A stretch of 64,000 nucleotides of DNA from Cellvibrio sp. (GCA_035565295.1 DATMSP010000028.1:91386-155385); one strand, 5' to 3'. Positions 50,253-61,461 are shown, counted from the first letter of the stretch. Program-made: numbers and translations. The notes: generated by a model not told the origin, from the letters alone.

Positions 50253-52913
50253 ATGCACGCTGTAGAAGTCACCATCGACCTCAACACAACCCCCTGTCAG
50301 CTTGCTGAAATTGCAAATATAGAAACAACAACATCCATACGCTTTGACAATTGTGCCGGCACAGTAGCCATTCCACAGGAACTCAATCAGTACCCCAATA
50401 TCACTGCACTCCATTTCTCCGGCGGGAATAACGAAGCTCTGTATAAACTCCCGGAAAATCTCGATCAATTCCTTTATATCAAGGTGCTAACCCTATGGAG
50501 TTTTTGTGACTTCTCCACAGTAAAATCCCTGAACCACCTGGAAGAACTCTATGTAGTGGTGAAAGACCCCCAGGAAGAGGTGAGGCAAATTGCCAGGCTT
50601 TTTCCTCAGCTCAAGAAGCTGGAACTATGGGGAGAGCGTGAAACATTAAAAGATAGAGGCTTGAGTGAGGCTGTAGGCAAACTTGCAGCGCTGGAGTATT
50701 TGCACCTGGTCTCCTGCAATGTGAAAGAACTGCCGGAGTCTATGGCAAACCTCGACAACCTGCGCGAACTCGATTTGCGAGGTCTGCCAATGAACCAGTT
50801 CCCTGAAGTGGTGACACGATTGAAAAACCTTGAGCGCCTGAGGATACAACAACGTTTCGCGGAACTGCCTGAAAGCCTGTGCAATCTGCAAAAGCTTACA
50901 CTGCTCGACCTGACAAGCTCGTTGAATGAAGGCACTATGAGTGTGACAGAAGAAGATATGGCAATGGAGAAAATGTGTTTAAAGCCTATTCCCGATGTCA
51001 TTGGAAGATTACACAATCTGGAAGATTTGACCTTGGATATGTGCGGTGTTTTTGATATCCACCCTATTGCCTCACTGCATAAACTCAAAAAATTAAGCAT
51101 ACGGTATAGCGCGCTTAAACATTGCGAGGGTTTTTCGGCATTTTCTGCGCTGGAAATCCTGCATATGGAAAACAGCTATGACCTGCAGGATTTGAGTGGC
51201 CTGGAGGGATTGCCACTTCATGATCTCGACATAAGCTTCTGCAACAGCCCATCGCTCGCAGTGCTCAACACCCTTCCAACGCTGGAAACATTGAATATCT
51301 CTGGCTGCCGCAAGCTGATTGACCCTTCACCTGTTTACCTCCACCCAAGGCTAAGGTATTTGGAGGCGGAAGATAAACTTCTTGAACAATGGGAAAAAAG
51401 GGCGAAATTTGCAAATCTACCTGCAGTGCAAACCCTGGTTCAGAAACTGCAGAGCGACGATATAGATACGTTTGAAGAGTCCATCTTTTTTCTGGAAAAG
51501 CATGTAGATATGGCATTCAATGGCGGTCGAAATCCACTGCCAGACTTTTTTCAGGTTGAAGCAGGAGAATTAGAAGAGATTACCAGTTTGCCAGCACTGG
51601 ATGAATTTATTACCAGGCATATAAAAAGTCTCCGCAATGAAACACTGGAAAATATATTTAGCATGACATTTCGATCCATAGATTGCGATCATTTTAAAGC
51701 GACCTTGCTGGTACTGGATGAGGTTGTAGCGCGAAGAGATATAGCCCTTCAAAAACGAATCTTTGATGCGTTCCTTTGCGCAATGGAAAAAGAATTTGAA
51801 GAGTATATCTATAGCCAGAACACCCTATACACCCAAGTAAAAGGCCATTATTTTCCGCAGTTTTCATCACATTCGCTGATTTACCTATTAGAAAAGGCTG
51901 ATATCTTCGAGTTAATTAGCAGCGGATGCCTGCAATTGGATACACTGTTTCTGCCAGCCCTCCAAAACACAGAGGACGACGCCGTTTATAAAAAGCTGAT
52001 AGAGATTTTATTTGATTATAAAGCCAAGTCTGACAATGCGGTTGGAGAAGAGTCCTTTGCAGAACTTATCACTGACTTGCTGGCACACACTTCGGGACGC
52101 GTCCGCGCACTGCTCGCATCCCAATACCAAGTGAGCCAGCAAGAGAACAGCACCACTAGCCTGTTAAGGAATTGTACAGAAGCAGACCTGCCTCGCATCA
52201 TTGGCATGCTGGGAGCAGAAATATCCAGTGAACAGTGGCAAGAATTTGGCTCCGGAATCCTTCAAATCATGAACAAAACTGTATTGCCGGATGAATGGGT
52301 AGTCGACACTCTTCATTTTCTGGGCAATCAGGAGGATACAGATCGCAACATCGGCGATCTGCTGGCCCAGCAATGGCACAACCGCTCCCCCGCTAAAAGC
52401 ATCGCCTTTTTACAGGATCTGTTGACTCAGAAAAAAAGAAGTCAGCAGGATATTTTTGCCATTATCCGATACGTGTTTATGGCGCTGCACAATTCACCGA
52501 GCTCATTTGCAGAGCTGGAAATCTACCGGCATTTTCTGTTGCAATCCTGCCATATTTCAAGCACTGATCAATACACTCATGAAATAGCAATACTGCTGAG
52601 AAAAGCGTTCAATAATGATCGCTCACTGTCAGAACACAGCATTGCCCAATTGTTGGTTCGGGTAGAAGAAATCGTTGCACATATAGCGGATGAAATTGAG
52701 TTCAATGATTACGACCTGGAGTTCGAAACAGGCTTACTCGCCGAATTCGACGAGTTTACAGAAATTCGCTGGATGTATCGCACACTCTCGCCTAAATTTA
52801 AAGAGTTCAAGTCTGAATCAATGTTACAGCTGAACCTGCTAGCGGCGATCAAATTAAATGACAAATCATTTTTAGATTCAATTAATACGCAGCTCAGCAA
52901 AATCAAAAATTAG
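50253..52913 (+). CDS. Leucine-rich-repeat protein with a helical C-terminal region
   Basis: Repeats such as LPESMANLDNLRELDL, LPESLCNLQKLTLLDL and IPDVIGRLHNLEDLTL in the first ~370 aa; no signal peptide; AAGGA RBS. Confidence 0.88.
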   Translation: MHAVEVTIDLNTTPCQLAEIANIETTTSIRFDNCAGTVAIPQELNQYPNITALHFSGGNNEALYKLPENLDQFLYIKVLTLWSFCDFSTVKSLNHLEELYVVVKDPQEEVRQIARLFPQLKKLELWGERETLKDRGLSEAVGKLAALEYLHLVSCNVKELPESMANLDNLRELDLRGLPMNQFPEVVTRLKNLERLRIQQRFAELPESLCNLQKLTLLDLTSSLNEGTMSVTEEDMAMEKMCLKPIPDVIGRLHNLEDLTLDMCGVFDIHPIASLHKLKKLSIRYSALKHCEGFSAFSALEILHMENSYDLQDLSGLEGLPLHDLDISFCNSPSLAVLNTLPTLETLNISGCRKLIDPSPVYLHPRLRYLEAEDKLLEQWEKRAKFANLPAVQTLVQKLQSDDIDTFEESIFFLEKHVDMAFNGGRNPLPDFFQVEAGELEEITSLPALDEFITRHIKSLRNETLENIFSMTFRSIDCDHFKATLLVLDEVVARRDIALQKRIFDAFLCAMEKEFEEYIYSQNTLYTQVKGHYFPQFSSHSLIYLLEKADIFELISSGCLQLDTLFLPALQNTEDDAVYKKLIEILFDYKAKSDNAVGEESFAELITDLLAHTSGRVRALLASQYQVSQQENSTTSLLRNCTEADLPRIIGMLGAEISSEQWQEFGSGILQIMNKTVLPDEWVVDTLHFLGNQEDTDRNIGDLLAQQWHNRSPAKSIAFLQDLLTQKKRSQQDIFAIIRYVFMALHNSPSSFAELEIYRHFLLQSCHISSTDQYTHEIAILLRKAFNNDRSLSEHSIAQLLVRVEEIVAHIADEIEFNDYDLEFETGLLAEFDEFTEIRWMYRTLSPKFKEFKSESMLQLNLLAAIKLNDKSFLDSINTQLSKIKN

Positions 52914-53163
52914 ATGGGAAAAAGCTTGATACTCCCGCGTGGGGACAATGGCAACGTTCGGCGATGGCAGCGCAGTCATTTTGAGGCTTTTCGAGGCGCA
53001 GTCAGCACTGCCGTATTTACCTCACCCAGTCGTTGATAGTGGAGGAATGGCAAGGCTGTTTACAAGTGGGATGGGGTCGCCTACCATGCAGCCAATAAGG
53101 TCATTTATCGCTATCCGAATGATGCAATTTGCTGTGACCGGTCCAACTCACGGAGCATTACTC

Positions 53164-53844
53164 TTGGCAAAATCCGCCGCGCAACTGGTCTACGATCAGC
53201 TTAAACAAAAAATCATCGACTTCGAGATTTACCCAGGTACGCGCATCACCGAGTCGGAGATTGCGGAGGATTTCCAGGTCAGCCGCACCCCGGTGCGCGC
53301 CGCTCTGCAGCGCCTGGAAACCGAGGGGCAGATCACCATTATGCCCAAGCAGGGCTGCTTCGTGCGCTCGGTGGATATCGAGACCATCAGCCAGTATTAC
53401 GATGTGCGCATCAGCCTGGAGGCCACCGCTGTAGAGCTGGCCTGCGACCATATGAGCGACGAAGACCTGGATGCGCAGCAGGAAGTCTGGAACCCGGAGC
53501 GAGTGGACGAAAACCTGGATCTGGAGGATATGGAAGAGATCAAGGCGAGGGAAGAGGCCTTTCACATAGGTATCGCCCTGGGCAGCGGCAATCTTGTACT
53601 GGCCAATTATCTGCGCGATATCAACAACCATATCCGCATACTGCGCCGCCTGGGCTTCCCTGACCGCCAGGCAGTGATAGAAACCTGCGAAGAACACTAT
53701 GCCATCTGCCAACTGATCCGCGAGCACAACAAAACCCAGGCGCGCCGGGCCATGACCAAGCATATACGCAAAAGCCAGGAGCTGGCCCGCAGCGTCACCC
53801 TAAGCCAGTTGCAACAGGCCATCAAACGCCACAAACCCCTGTAA
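53164..53844 (+). CDS. GntR/FadR-family (FCD) transcriptional regulator
   Basis: PGTRITESEIAEDFQVSRTPVRAALQRL wHTH, FH...EH...HI FCD motifs; TTG 53164 follows GGAG. Confidence 0.93.
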   Translation: MAKSAAQLVYDQLKQKIIDFEIYPGTRITESEIAEDFQVSRTPVRAALQRLETEGQITIMPKQGCFVRSVDIETISQYYDVRISLEATAVELACDHMSDEDLDAQQEVWNPERVDENLDLEDMEEIKAREEAFHIGIALGSGNLVLANYLRDINNHIRILRRLGFPDRQAVIETCEEHYAICQLIREHNKTQARRAMTKHIRKSQELARSVTLSQLQQAIKRHKPL

Positions 53845-53931
53845 TCTGCCAGTCGCGTCTTGCCGCCCATAACGGTATAATGCCGCCCCTCACTATATCA
53901 GCACCTCTCTTTATCAAAACGGTACAACATC

Positions 53932-55023
53932 ATGGGTTTCAATTGCGGCATAGTCGGCCTTCCCAACGTCGGCAAATCAACACTGTTCAATGCACTGACC
54001 AACGCCGGTATCAGCGCAGAAAACTTTCCCTTCTGCACCATTGAACCCAATGCCGGCATAGTGACCGTGCCCGACCCGCGCCAGGATATGCTGGCGGAAA
54101 TCGTCAAGCCCGAGCGCGTGGTAGCCACCACCATGGAATTTATCGATATCGCCGGTATTGTTGCCGGTGCATCCAAAGGCGAAGGCCTGGGCAATAAATT
54201 CCTCGCCAATATCCGCGAGACCGATGCCATCGCCCACGTAGTGCGCTGCTTTGATGACGACAACGTGATCCACGTGGCCAACGCGGTCAATCCCGCCGCC
54301 GATATAGATGTGATCAATACCGAGCTGGCACTGGCCGATCTCGAAGCCGTGGACAAAGCCATCAATCGCTATGCAAAGGCAGCGAAGGGCCAAGACAAAC
54401 ACGCCATGGCCATGAAGGCCCTGCTGGAAAAAATCCAGCCACACTTGAACGAGGCCAAGCCACTGCGCTCATTCAGCCTGAGCAAAGAAGAAATTGCACT
54501 GCTGAAAGAAATCAACCTACTCACGCTGAAACCCACCATGTATATCGCCAACGTGGCCGAAGATGGTTTTGAAAATAATCCCCACCTGGAAGTCGTGCGC
54601 AAAATTGCCGCCGAAGAAAAATCCGTGGTGGTGCCCATCTGCAACAAGCTTGAGGCGGATATCGCTGAACTTGAAGGCGAAGACAAAGCCGAATTCCTTG
54701 CCGAAATGGGCATGGAAGAACCCGGCCTCAACCGCGTGATACGCGCTGGCTATAACTTGCTGGGCCTCCAGACTTACTTCACCGCCGGCGTAAAAGAAGT
54801 GCGCGCCTGGACCATTCCTATAGGTGCTACAGCACCGCAGGCAGCGGGCGTTATCCACACAGATTTTGAAAAGGGTTTTATCCGCGCAGAGACCATAGCC
54901 TACGAAGATTTTGTGCAGTACAAGGGCGAACAGGGTGCAAAAAATGCGGGGAAAGCGCGCAAAGAAGGTAAGGATTATGTTGTGAAGGATGGCGATGTGC
55001 TGCACTTTTTATTTAATGTCTAA
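53932..55023 (+). CDS. ychF: Redox-regulated ATPase YchF
   Basis: [31 protein letters not shown] domain. Confidence 0.98.
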   Translation: MGFNCGIVGLPNVGKSTLFNALTNAGISAENFPFCTIEPNAGIVTVPDPRQDMLAEIVKPERVVATTMEFIDIAGIVAGASKGEGLGNKFLANIRETDAIAHVVRCFDDDNVIHVANAVNPAADIDVINTELALADLEAVDKAINRYAKAAKGQDKHAMAMKALLEKIQPHLNEAKPLRSFSLSKEEIALLKEINLLTLKPTMYIANVAEDGFENNPHLEVVRKIAAEEKSVVVPICNKLEADIAELEGEDKAEFLAEMGMEEPGLNRVIRAGYNLLGLQTYFTAGVKEVRAWTIPIGATAPQAAGVIHTDFEKGFIRAETIAYEDFVQYKGEQGAKNAGKARKEGKDYVVKDGDVLHFLFNV

Positions 55024-55066
55024 CGGCATCACCCACTCCATTCCTCTTTTTTAAAACTGCAAAAGC

Positions 55067-55100
55067 TAAATTAAGCCGTTAATCCTGACGGCTTAATTTA
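55067..55100 (+). terminator. Terminator-like hairpin
   Basis: taaattaagccgtta-atcc-tgacggcttaattta followed by T-rich sequence. Confidence 0.7.
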
Positions 55101-55583
55101 TTGTATTTTTTGACGCTCGGCTATAGGCCATTGAAATAAGCCAAGCCAAAATGCCATCCGGCGACAACGCCAAGTACAAATAGAATTGCGGTAACCACAT
55201 CGTTCATATGCAGTTGATTAGACATATTTTCTGATCCAAAATAGTTTCTAGAAATCCCGCATCAGCACAAAGCGGCCCTGCCATAAACAATAGCTTTGGT
55301 AGCGTTTCGACTCCAACGGCTTAGCTTAACCACCACCCAAAACAACTTCAATCCCCTCTTGTTGCAAATGTTGTGCAACAAGAGCTGCGAGATCAACACC
55401 AGTTTTGCTGCTGAAACTCATTGCTTTCCTGCCTCTTTGACAGTCTTGCGAATGGTCAGCAAGGGTTTACACGCTTGCCACTGTCGCGTGCGCTGCGCTA
55501 ACAGGCAATTTATTACCTATTGATGGCAAGGCTGCGACCTTCACTCCATAATGCAGCACATTATCACCACCCCCTAAAAATAT

Positions 55584-56135
55584 ATGTTCAACATTGATAC
55601 GATTGTATTGGAAATAAAATCAGCCGTTCTGGAAGCTTATATCCATGACAATGCTATGGAATGGGGAGTGGACATATCAGCCGCTACTGCTGCTGGCGAC
55701 AACCTTCAGTGGAAAGTTAAAGTAAACTCTGAATCACTTTTCTCCACAGGAATTAATCAACTCGGCTATTGGCAGGATATTGTGGGAATCCAATTTTCCT
55801 GGGAGGAGCCACTCAATAAGGATGAAGATCCGCACGCACTCATGTATTTATGCCAGCATGAGCCGGTATATGCCAGCGAGGGAAAACTATATTTAAATGA
55901 GCACCAGATGGTGTGTATTGATTGGAGCGGGAAATGTGATATTTATTGGAATGATAAATACCATACAGGACTGAGCTTTTTAATTGATACGCCTGTAACA
56001 TTTAAAGGTATTTGGTTTGGCAGAGATGCAGAATCTGTTTGCCGGAAAGCCTTATCGCAATACATAACAAAAGAAATATTTATCTATAGCAGTGAGAGAA
56101 ACGTTTCCCTAATGAAACCAAGGAAATCCACTTAA
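55584..56135 (+). CDS. Hypothetical protein (AT-rich)
   Basis: 183-aa ORF with no recognised family. Confidence 0.7.
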   Translation: MFNIDTIVLEIKSAVLEAYIHDNAMEWGVDISAATAAGDNLQWKVKVNSESLFSTGINQLGYWQDIVGIQFSWEEPLNKDEDPHALMYLCQHEPVYASEGKLYLNEHQMVCIDWSGKCDIYWNDKYHTGLSFLIDTPVTFKGIWFGRDAESVCRKALSQYITKEIFIYSSERNVSLMKPRKST

Positions 56136-56188
56136 TCCACGGAAGAAGTGCTCCCAAATTTTCTTCTCCGATTTAAAGCACTACCCGC

Positions 56189-56836
56189 TCAACCAAAATT
56201 CCGATCCGCCACAAAGGTATTGGTTTTTCGCTCCTCACCAAAAGTAGACATGGGGCCATGACCGGGAATAAAAGAGACATCATCCCCCAGCGGCCACAAT
56301 TTTTCGCGAATGGCAGCTACCAAGTGATTGTAATTACCGCGCGGAAAATCACTGCGACCAATGCTCCCCTTGAATAGCACATCGCCCACCAGTGCCAGCC
56401 GGCTCTGCGGATGGTAAAAAATAATATGCCCCGGAGTATGGCCAGGGCAATGGTATATCTGCAGGGAAATATTGCCAAAGCTGACACTGTCGCCCTCGAC
56501 AAAAAAGCTGTCGGGAACAAAAGGCTCGGCGGCAGCAAAGCCCATCATCTGCGCCTGCTGCGGCAAGATATTCAACCAGTAAAGATCATCCCTGTGCGGT
56601 CCCTCTACAGGCACAGAGGTCGCATTCGCCAATGCCCTGGCACCACCGACATGATCCAGATGTCCGTGAGTCAGCAATATTTTTACAAGAGTCAACTTTC
56701 GCTCGGCGATGGCCCGCAGGATGCGCTCGATATCGCCACCAGGATCGACCACCGCCGCCTGGCCGGTCTCATCGCACCACAGCAGGGTAGAGTTCTGTTG
56801 ATAGTGAGTAACAGGGATAATCAGGTAATTCAGCAC
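56189..56836 (-). CDS. MBL-fold hydrolase (GloC/YcbL-like)
   Basis: THGHLDHVG, PGHTPGH, GDVLF.GSIGRSD, PGHG. Confidence 0.92.
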   Translation of the reverse strand: MLNYLIIPVTHYQQNSTLLWCDETGQAAVVDPGGDIERILRAIAERKLTLVKILLTHGHLDHVGGARALANATSVPVEGPHRDDLYWLNILPQQAQMMGFAAAEPFVPDSFFVEGDSVSFGNISLQIYHCPGHTPGHIIFYHPQSRLALVGDVLFKGSIGRSDFPRGNYNHLVAAIREKLWPLGDDVSFIPGHGPMSTFGEERKTNTFVADRNFG

Positions 56837-56952
56837 AATTTCACCAAATAGAAAGCCAGGGGTTGCAATAGATAATATTTTAAGCAGCGCAATATATCTC
56901 TTTTTGATACCATGCTGCACTTTAACATTGGCCAGCAGCGGCGCCCTCACCC

Positions 56953-57807
56953 ATGAACGAAAAACTTTTTATTAGATTGCAGCACCTGGTGCCGCAACAC
57001 ACGCTATCCCGCGCAATCGGACATATCGCCAGCAGCCACATCAGCTGGATAAAAAACACCTTTATCAGTTGGTTTGTCAAACGTTACCAAGTGGATATGA
57101 CAATAGCCGCAGAAGAAAACCCGCGCGCCTATGCCTGCTTCAATGATTTTTTTACCCGCGCACTAAAACCGGGGGTTCGACCCATTTCGCGCGATCCCCA
57201 GGCTATTGTCTGCCCTGCAGATGGCGCAATCAGCCAGCTGGGAAAAATTATTGATGGCCGCATATTCCAGGCCAAGGGACAGGATTACAGCACATTGGAA
57301 TTGCTCGGCGGCGATCAAACCTTAGCGGCCGAGTTTAGCGATGGCGATTTTGCCACTGTCTATCTCTCCCCCAAAGACTATCACCGCGTCCATATGCCCT
57401 ATGGCGGAAAGTTGCGCAGCATGGTGACTGTGCCAGGGGATTTGTTTTCGGTGAACACAGTCACCGCCAATAACGTTCCTCGCCTGTTTTCCCGCAATGA
57501 GCGCACTGTCGCCATCTTCGATACGGATATAGGCCCCATGGCTGTGGTATTGGTGGGCGCTATGATTGTTGCGGGGATTGAAACCGTCTGGAGCGGCACT
57601 GTAGCCCCGGTTAATCCTCGCGAAATACAAACATCCCACTACCCATTTCAAAATATCGAACTGAACAAAGGGGATGAAATGGGCCGCTTTAAACTGGGCT
57701 CTACCGCCATTATTTTATTTGCCAAAAACAAAATCAAATGGGAGCCGCAATATATTGCGGGCGCAACTACTCGCGTAGGGGTAAAGGTGGCGGAAAAGCT
57801 GCATTAA
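56953..57807 (+). CDS. psd: Phosphatidylserine decarboxylase proenzyme
   Basis: FNDFFTR, YLSPKDYHRVH, RNER, FKLGST. Confidence 0.96.
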   Translation: MNEKLFIRLQHLVPQHTLSRAIGHIASSHISWIKNTFISWFVKRYQVDMTIAAEENPRAYACFNDFFTRALKPGVRPISRDPQAIVCPADGAISQLGKIIDGRIFQAKGQDYSTLELLGGDQTLAAEFSDGDFATVYLSPKDYHRVHMPYGGKLRSMVTVPGDLFSVNTVTANNVPRLFSRNERTVAIFDTDIGPMAVVLVGAMIVAGIETVWSGTVAPVNPREIQTSHYPFQNIELNKGDEMGRFKLGSTAIILFAKNKIKWEPQYIAGATTRVGVKVAEKLH

Positions 57808-57808
57808 T

Positions 57809-57838
57809 AAAAAGGGCTCATAGAGAGCCCTTTTTTTA
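57809..57838. terminator. Bidirectional intrinsic terminator
   Basis: aaaaagggctc-atagа-gagccctttttttt between convergent genes. Confidence 0.88.
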
Positions 57839-57858
57839 CACCTATACATCAGTGATTA

Positions 57859-58605
57859 CTAGTCGTCATTCATATCTTTGCGCAGCTCGACCGGTTTATC
57901 CACGGTTTTGCGCATTTTAATATTAATCATTTCCACACCCAGAGAGAAGGCCATGGCGAAGTAGATATAGCCTTTGGGAACGTGCACACCAAAACCTTCA
58001 ATCAACAGCGTAAAACCCACCACCACCAGGAAGGACAGGGCCAATATTTTAATCGTCGGGTGATCATCAACGAAGTCGCCTATAGGTTTTGCGGCAAACA
58101 GCATAACACCCACCGCAATAATGATGGCCAGCGCCATAATTGGCACCTGGCTGACCAGGCCCACAGCGGTAATCACAGAGTCCAGGGAAAACACTATATC
58201 GAGCACGGCAATCTGGAATAGCACCATCGCCAAACCATGGGTGGCAACATTGGCTGCACCTTCAACGGCTCCCTCCAGGCTGCCATGTATTTCGTGGGTC
58301 GCCTTGGCGATAAGGAACAAGCCACCGCCGATCAGAATGATATCGCGACCGGAAATAGGATGGCCGAGCACATTGAATAGGGGTTCCGTCAATCCCATAA
58401 CCCAGGCCAGGGAAAACAGCAGGGCAAGGCGGGTAAGCATGGCCAGCCCCAAGCCTGTAGAGCGAGCAAAGCGGCGCTGGTGCTCTGGCAGGCGCCCCAC
58501 CAGAATGGAAATGAAAATAATATTATCAATACCTAAAACAATCTCCAGCGCTGTCAAGGTCGCCAGAGCTACCCAGGCTTCAGGGCTTGCTATCCACTCA
58601 AACAT
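57859..58605 (-). CDS. TerC-family membrane protein
   Basis: LEIVLGIDN, DIVFSLDSVITAVG, PKGYIYFAMAFS. Confidence 0.94.
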   Translation of the reverse strand: MFEWIASPEAWVALATLTALEIVLGIDNIIFISILVGRLPEHQRRFARSTGLGLAMLTRLALLFSLAWVMGLTEPLFNVLGHPISGRDIILIGGGLFLIAKATHEIHGSLEGAVEGAANVATHGLAMVLFQIAVLDIVFSLDSVITAVGLVSQVPIMALAIIIAVGVMLFAAKPIGDFVDDHPTIKILALSFLVVVGFTLLIEGFGVHVPKGYIYFAMAFSLGVEMINIKMRKTVDKPVELRKDMNDD

Positions 58606-58882
58606 TTCTTATCTCTCAATCAATAATTTTCAAGCAAGCCATTGGCATCACCTGGAAGGTGAAGCTACAGCTTGCTTATGATGTCCATCGGCGACTTACA
58701 CCGGACTTAGGCGAGCGCTCTCACCCGCCGGTGAACTTTACAGACAAATTGCCGCACTTGCTAGCCGCCAGGCAATAAGCTGGCTCACTCTCACCATCTT
58801 ACCGACATTATCAACGAGGGAATGTTCAGGAATCTGCACGCGGATATGCTATTCATTGCAGCCATAACCAGTCTTAAACGAG

Positions 58883-60253
58883 TTAGCTGGTAAATTTGCT
58901 CAGCAGAGCCCGCAAGCCGGTTTTTTCTGGATGGGTCAGGTATTTATCGCGGATGCTATCTATGTCTATATCTATACTGCCCGGCTCCAAATCGCGCGCG
59001 ATCTCGATTTTTTCAATTTCGTAGCGCGTTTTCTTACCGGCATCTATCAAGGCCTGCTTGTGCTTATCGTCAATCGATAAATCCAACAGCACAAAATCGT
59101 TCAATTTTCTTTTGAACGCATCGTAAACCACAACCACTTTGGGCTTTAAACGGCGCTCGAAGTTTTGCTCAACCACCACCCCTACCTCACCGGAATTCAA
59201 TTCCACCAGGGTGCCGGTTGGATAGAGCCCTATTGCGCGGATAAACTCCACCACCAACTCTTCCTGGAATTGAATATTGCGCAACTCATAGAGTTTGGCA
59301 ACCGCTTTGGATGGCGCTATGGGATTGCGCGAGCCGCGCGGGTTGGTGATCTGATCGTAAAAAGTCACTATGCCTGCAATCTTGCCCAACAGCGGAATCT
59401 TGTCTCCCGCCAAATGCAGTGGAAAACCGCTGCCATTCAGGCGCTCACAATGGGTTTTGACCACACTGATCACACGCGGCTCTACGCCAGGCATCTTGCG
59501 CAGTATATCTGCACCCAATTCGATGAAATGTTCGTAGGTCTGCTCTTCTGCAACCGTGCGATTTCTCTTCGCCAAAATAGCAGCATCAATTTTCATGCGG
59601 CCCACATCTTTCAATAACAGGCCCATCGCCAACACATCGAGATCGCGCTTGGGCAGGCCTATGTGGCGACCAAATAAAGTGGCCCATACAGCTGAGCGAA
59701 TCACATGGCTGTAAAGATAGACATCCTTTGCCTGCAGGCGGGAGAGCCAGGTAAATGCATCGGGATTGCGGACAATACTGTCGACCATTTCCCCTACCAG
59801 CTTCTGGGCATCGTGAAGGGCAATATCCTCTGGCGGCAGGTATTCGAACTGCTTGCTGATATCGGCCACCGCCGCGTTAATTTGCAAGTACAGCAACCTG
59901 GCTTTTTTGATTTCTTTCTGTAGCGGTATGATTTCGTGGTAGAGATTGCGCTGGATCTTCAGCGGTGCCACAGGCTCAGAGAGGCTAGCGCCCATAGGCT
60001 CTCTGACGGCAGCTTTGGCGATAAGGCTGGGGTGGTCGCGACGAATAAGACGGGAGGATATGGGGCCACGACCTTTTTCGGTATCAATATAAACGAAGTT
60101 ACACAGGCTTTTCAGCTTGTTGAGGTCGTCGAGGTCGCGCAGATAGAAACCTTGCAGGGGAAAGGGCGTCTGCGACCATGGGCGGTCAAGGCCGGATATA
60201 TACATACCCAAACTCAACTCGTTCATAGCGATTTTCAATTGCTTGACCCGCAC
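58883..60253 (-). CDS. DUF3391 plus degenerate HD-GYP domain protein
   Basis: LGMYISGLDRPW..TPF..QGF; KDVG (for HDxG), HCERLNGSGFP, GLYPTG.LVEL.SGE. Confidence 0.88.
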   Translation of the reverse strand: MRVKQLKIAMNELSLGMYISGLDRPWSQTPFPLQGFYLRDLDDLNKLKSLCNFVYIDTEKGRGPISSRLIRRDHPSLIAKAAVREPMGASLSEPVAPLKIQRNLYHEIIPLQKEIKKARLLYLQINAAVADISKQFEYLPPEDIALHDAQKLVGEMVDSIVRNPDAFTWLSRLQAKDVYLYSHVIRSAVWATLFGRHIGLPKRDLDVLAMGLLLKDVGRMKIDAAILAKRNRTVAEEQTYEHFIELGADILRKMPGVEPRVISVVKTHCERLNGSGFPLHLAGDKIPLLGKIAGIVTFYDQITNPRGSRNPIAPSKAVAKLYELRNIQFQEELVVEFIRAIGLYPTGTLVELNSGEVGVVVEQNFERRLKPKVVVVYDAFKRKLNDFVLLDLSIDDKHKQALIDAGKKTRYEIEKIEIARDLEPGSIDIDIDSIRDKYLTHPEKTGLRALLSKFTS

Positions 60254-60393
60254 TTTACTGCCTCAACCTTTAAGTCTTTATCCAAAAACCAATTTGCAGT
60301 GTAGAGAAAATCACCCTAACAAACTAGAGGCAAAGCGGACAAATAACGCCCAGTTGGCATTATCTCTCCTGTACTTGTTCATGCGCTCACATT

Positions 60394-61461
60394 TTATTCT
60401 GAATGATAAACCGCCGACAACTCATGTACAGCCTCAATAAAGACGCCCGCATTGGCAGGATCCACTTCCGGAGTAATTCCGTGCCCCAGGTTGAATACAT
60501 GCCCGGAGCCCTTGCCATAGGCGGCGAGTATAGAGGCCACTTCCGTGCGTATACGCTCAGGCTTGGCATAGAGAATTGTGGGGTCCATATTGCCCTGCAG
60601 GGCGACCTGCGCACCTACGCGTGCGCGCGCCTGACCTATATCGGTAGTCCAATCCAGCCCCAGCGCGGTAGCGCCACTATTAGCCAGCAGCTCAAGCCAT
60701 TGCCCACCACCCTTGGTGAAAAGGATAACCGGCACTTGCCTGCCCTCGTGCTCCCTGATCAGGCCGGCAACAATTTTTTGCATATAGCGCAGTGAAAACT
60801 CCTGGTAGGCTGCGTGCGACAGCGCTCCCCCCCAGGTATCAAAAATCTGCACGGCCTGAGCGCCGGCAGTGATTTGCGCATTTAAATAAACGGTTACCGA
60901 ATCGGCGAGGGTATCCAGGAGTTTGTGCATGACTTGCGGCTGGTTATAGAGCATTTCCTTGGCACGTCGAAAATCGCGACTGGAGCCACCTTCGATCATA
61001 TAGGTGGCCAGGGTCCAGGGACTGCCAGAAAAACCAATCAGGGGTACACGGCCATTCAGCTCGCGGCGAATGGTTTTAACCGCGTTGATCACATAGGGCA
61101 AATCCTGTTCAGGCTTGACCACTGCCAGCGCATCCACATCGCTTTCCGTGCGCACCGGCTTGCGGAATTTGGGACCTTCGCCCGTTTCAAAATACAGGCC
61201 CAGGCCCATGGCATCGGGAATAGTCAGAATGTCGGAGAACAGAATGGCGGCATCCAGCGGATAGCGATCCAGTGGCTGCAGAGTCACCTCGCAAGCCAGC
61301 TCAGGGTTGGTGCAGAGCCCCATAAAATCGCCAGCGCGCTCGCGGCTGGCACGATACTCAGGCAGGTAGCGACCAGCCTGGCGCATCATCCACACAGGAG
61401 TGACGTCCACGGGTTGCTTTAATAAAGCTCGCAAAAAACGGTCGTTCTTTAATTCACTCAT
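60394..61461 (-). CDS. hemE: Uroporphyrinogen decarboxylase
   Basis: [27 protein letters not shown]. Confidence 0.98.
   Translation of the reverse strand: MSELKNDRFLRALLKQPVDVTPVWMMRQAGRYLPEYRASRERAGDFMGLCTNPELACEVTLQPLDRYPLDAAILFSDILTIPDAMGLGLYFETGEGPKFRKPVRTESDVDALAVVKPEQDLPYVINAVKTIRRELNGRVPLIGFSGSPWTLATYMIEGGSSRDFRRAKEMLYNQPQVMHKLLDTLADSVTVYLNAQITAGAQAVQIFDTWGGALSHAAYQEFSLRYMQKIVAGLIREHEGRQVPVILFTKGGGQWLELLANSGATALGLDWTTDIGQARARVGAQVALQGNMDPTILYAKPERIRTEVASILAAYGKGSGHVFNLGHGITPEVDPANAGVFIEAVHELSAVYHSE

Noticed and set aside
52939-53163. 75-aa N-terminal extension on the GntR
   Set aside because: The HTH begins right after TTG 53164, which has a GGAG RBS
58606-58880. yybP-ykoY riboswitch expected upstream of terC
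   Set aside because: I could not find the GGGGAGUA / CGUCAACA / GAGACC hallmarks on the minus strand; an Infernal search would settle it
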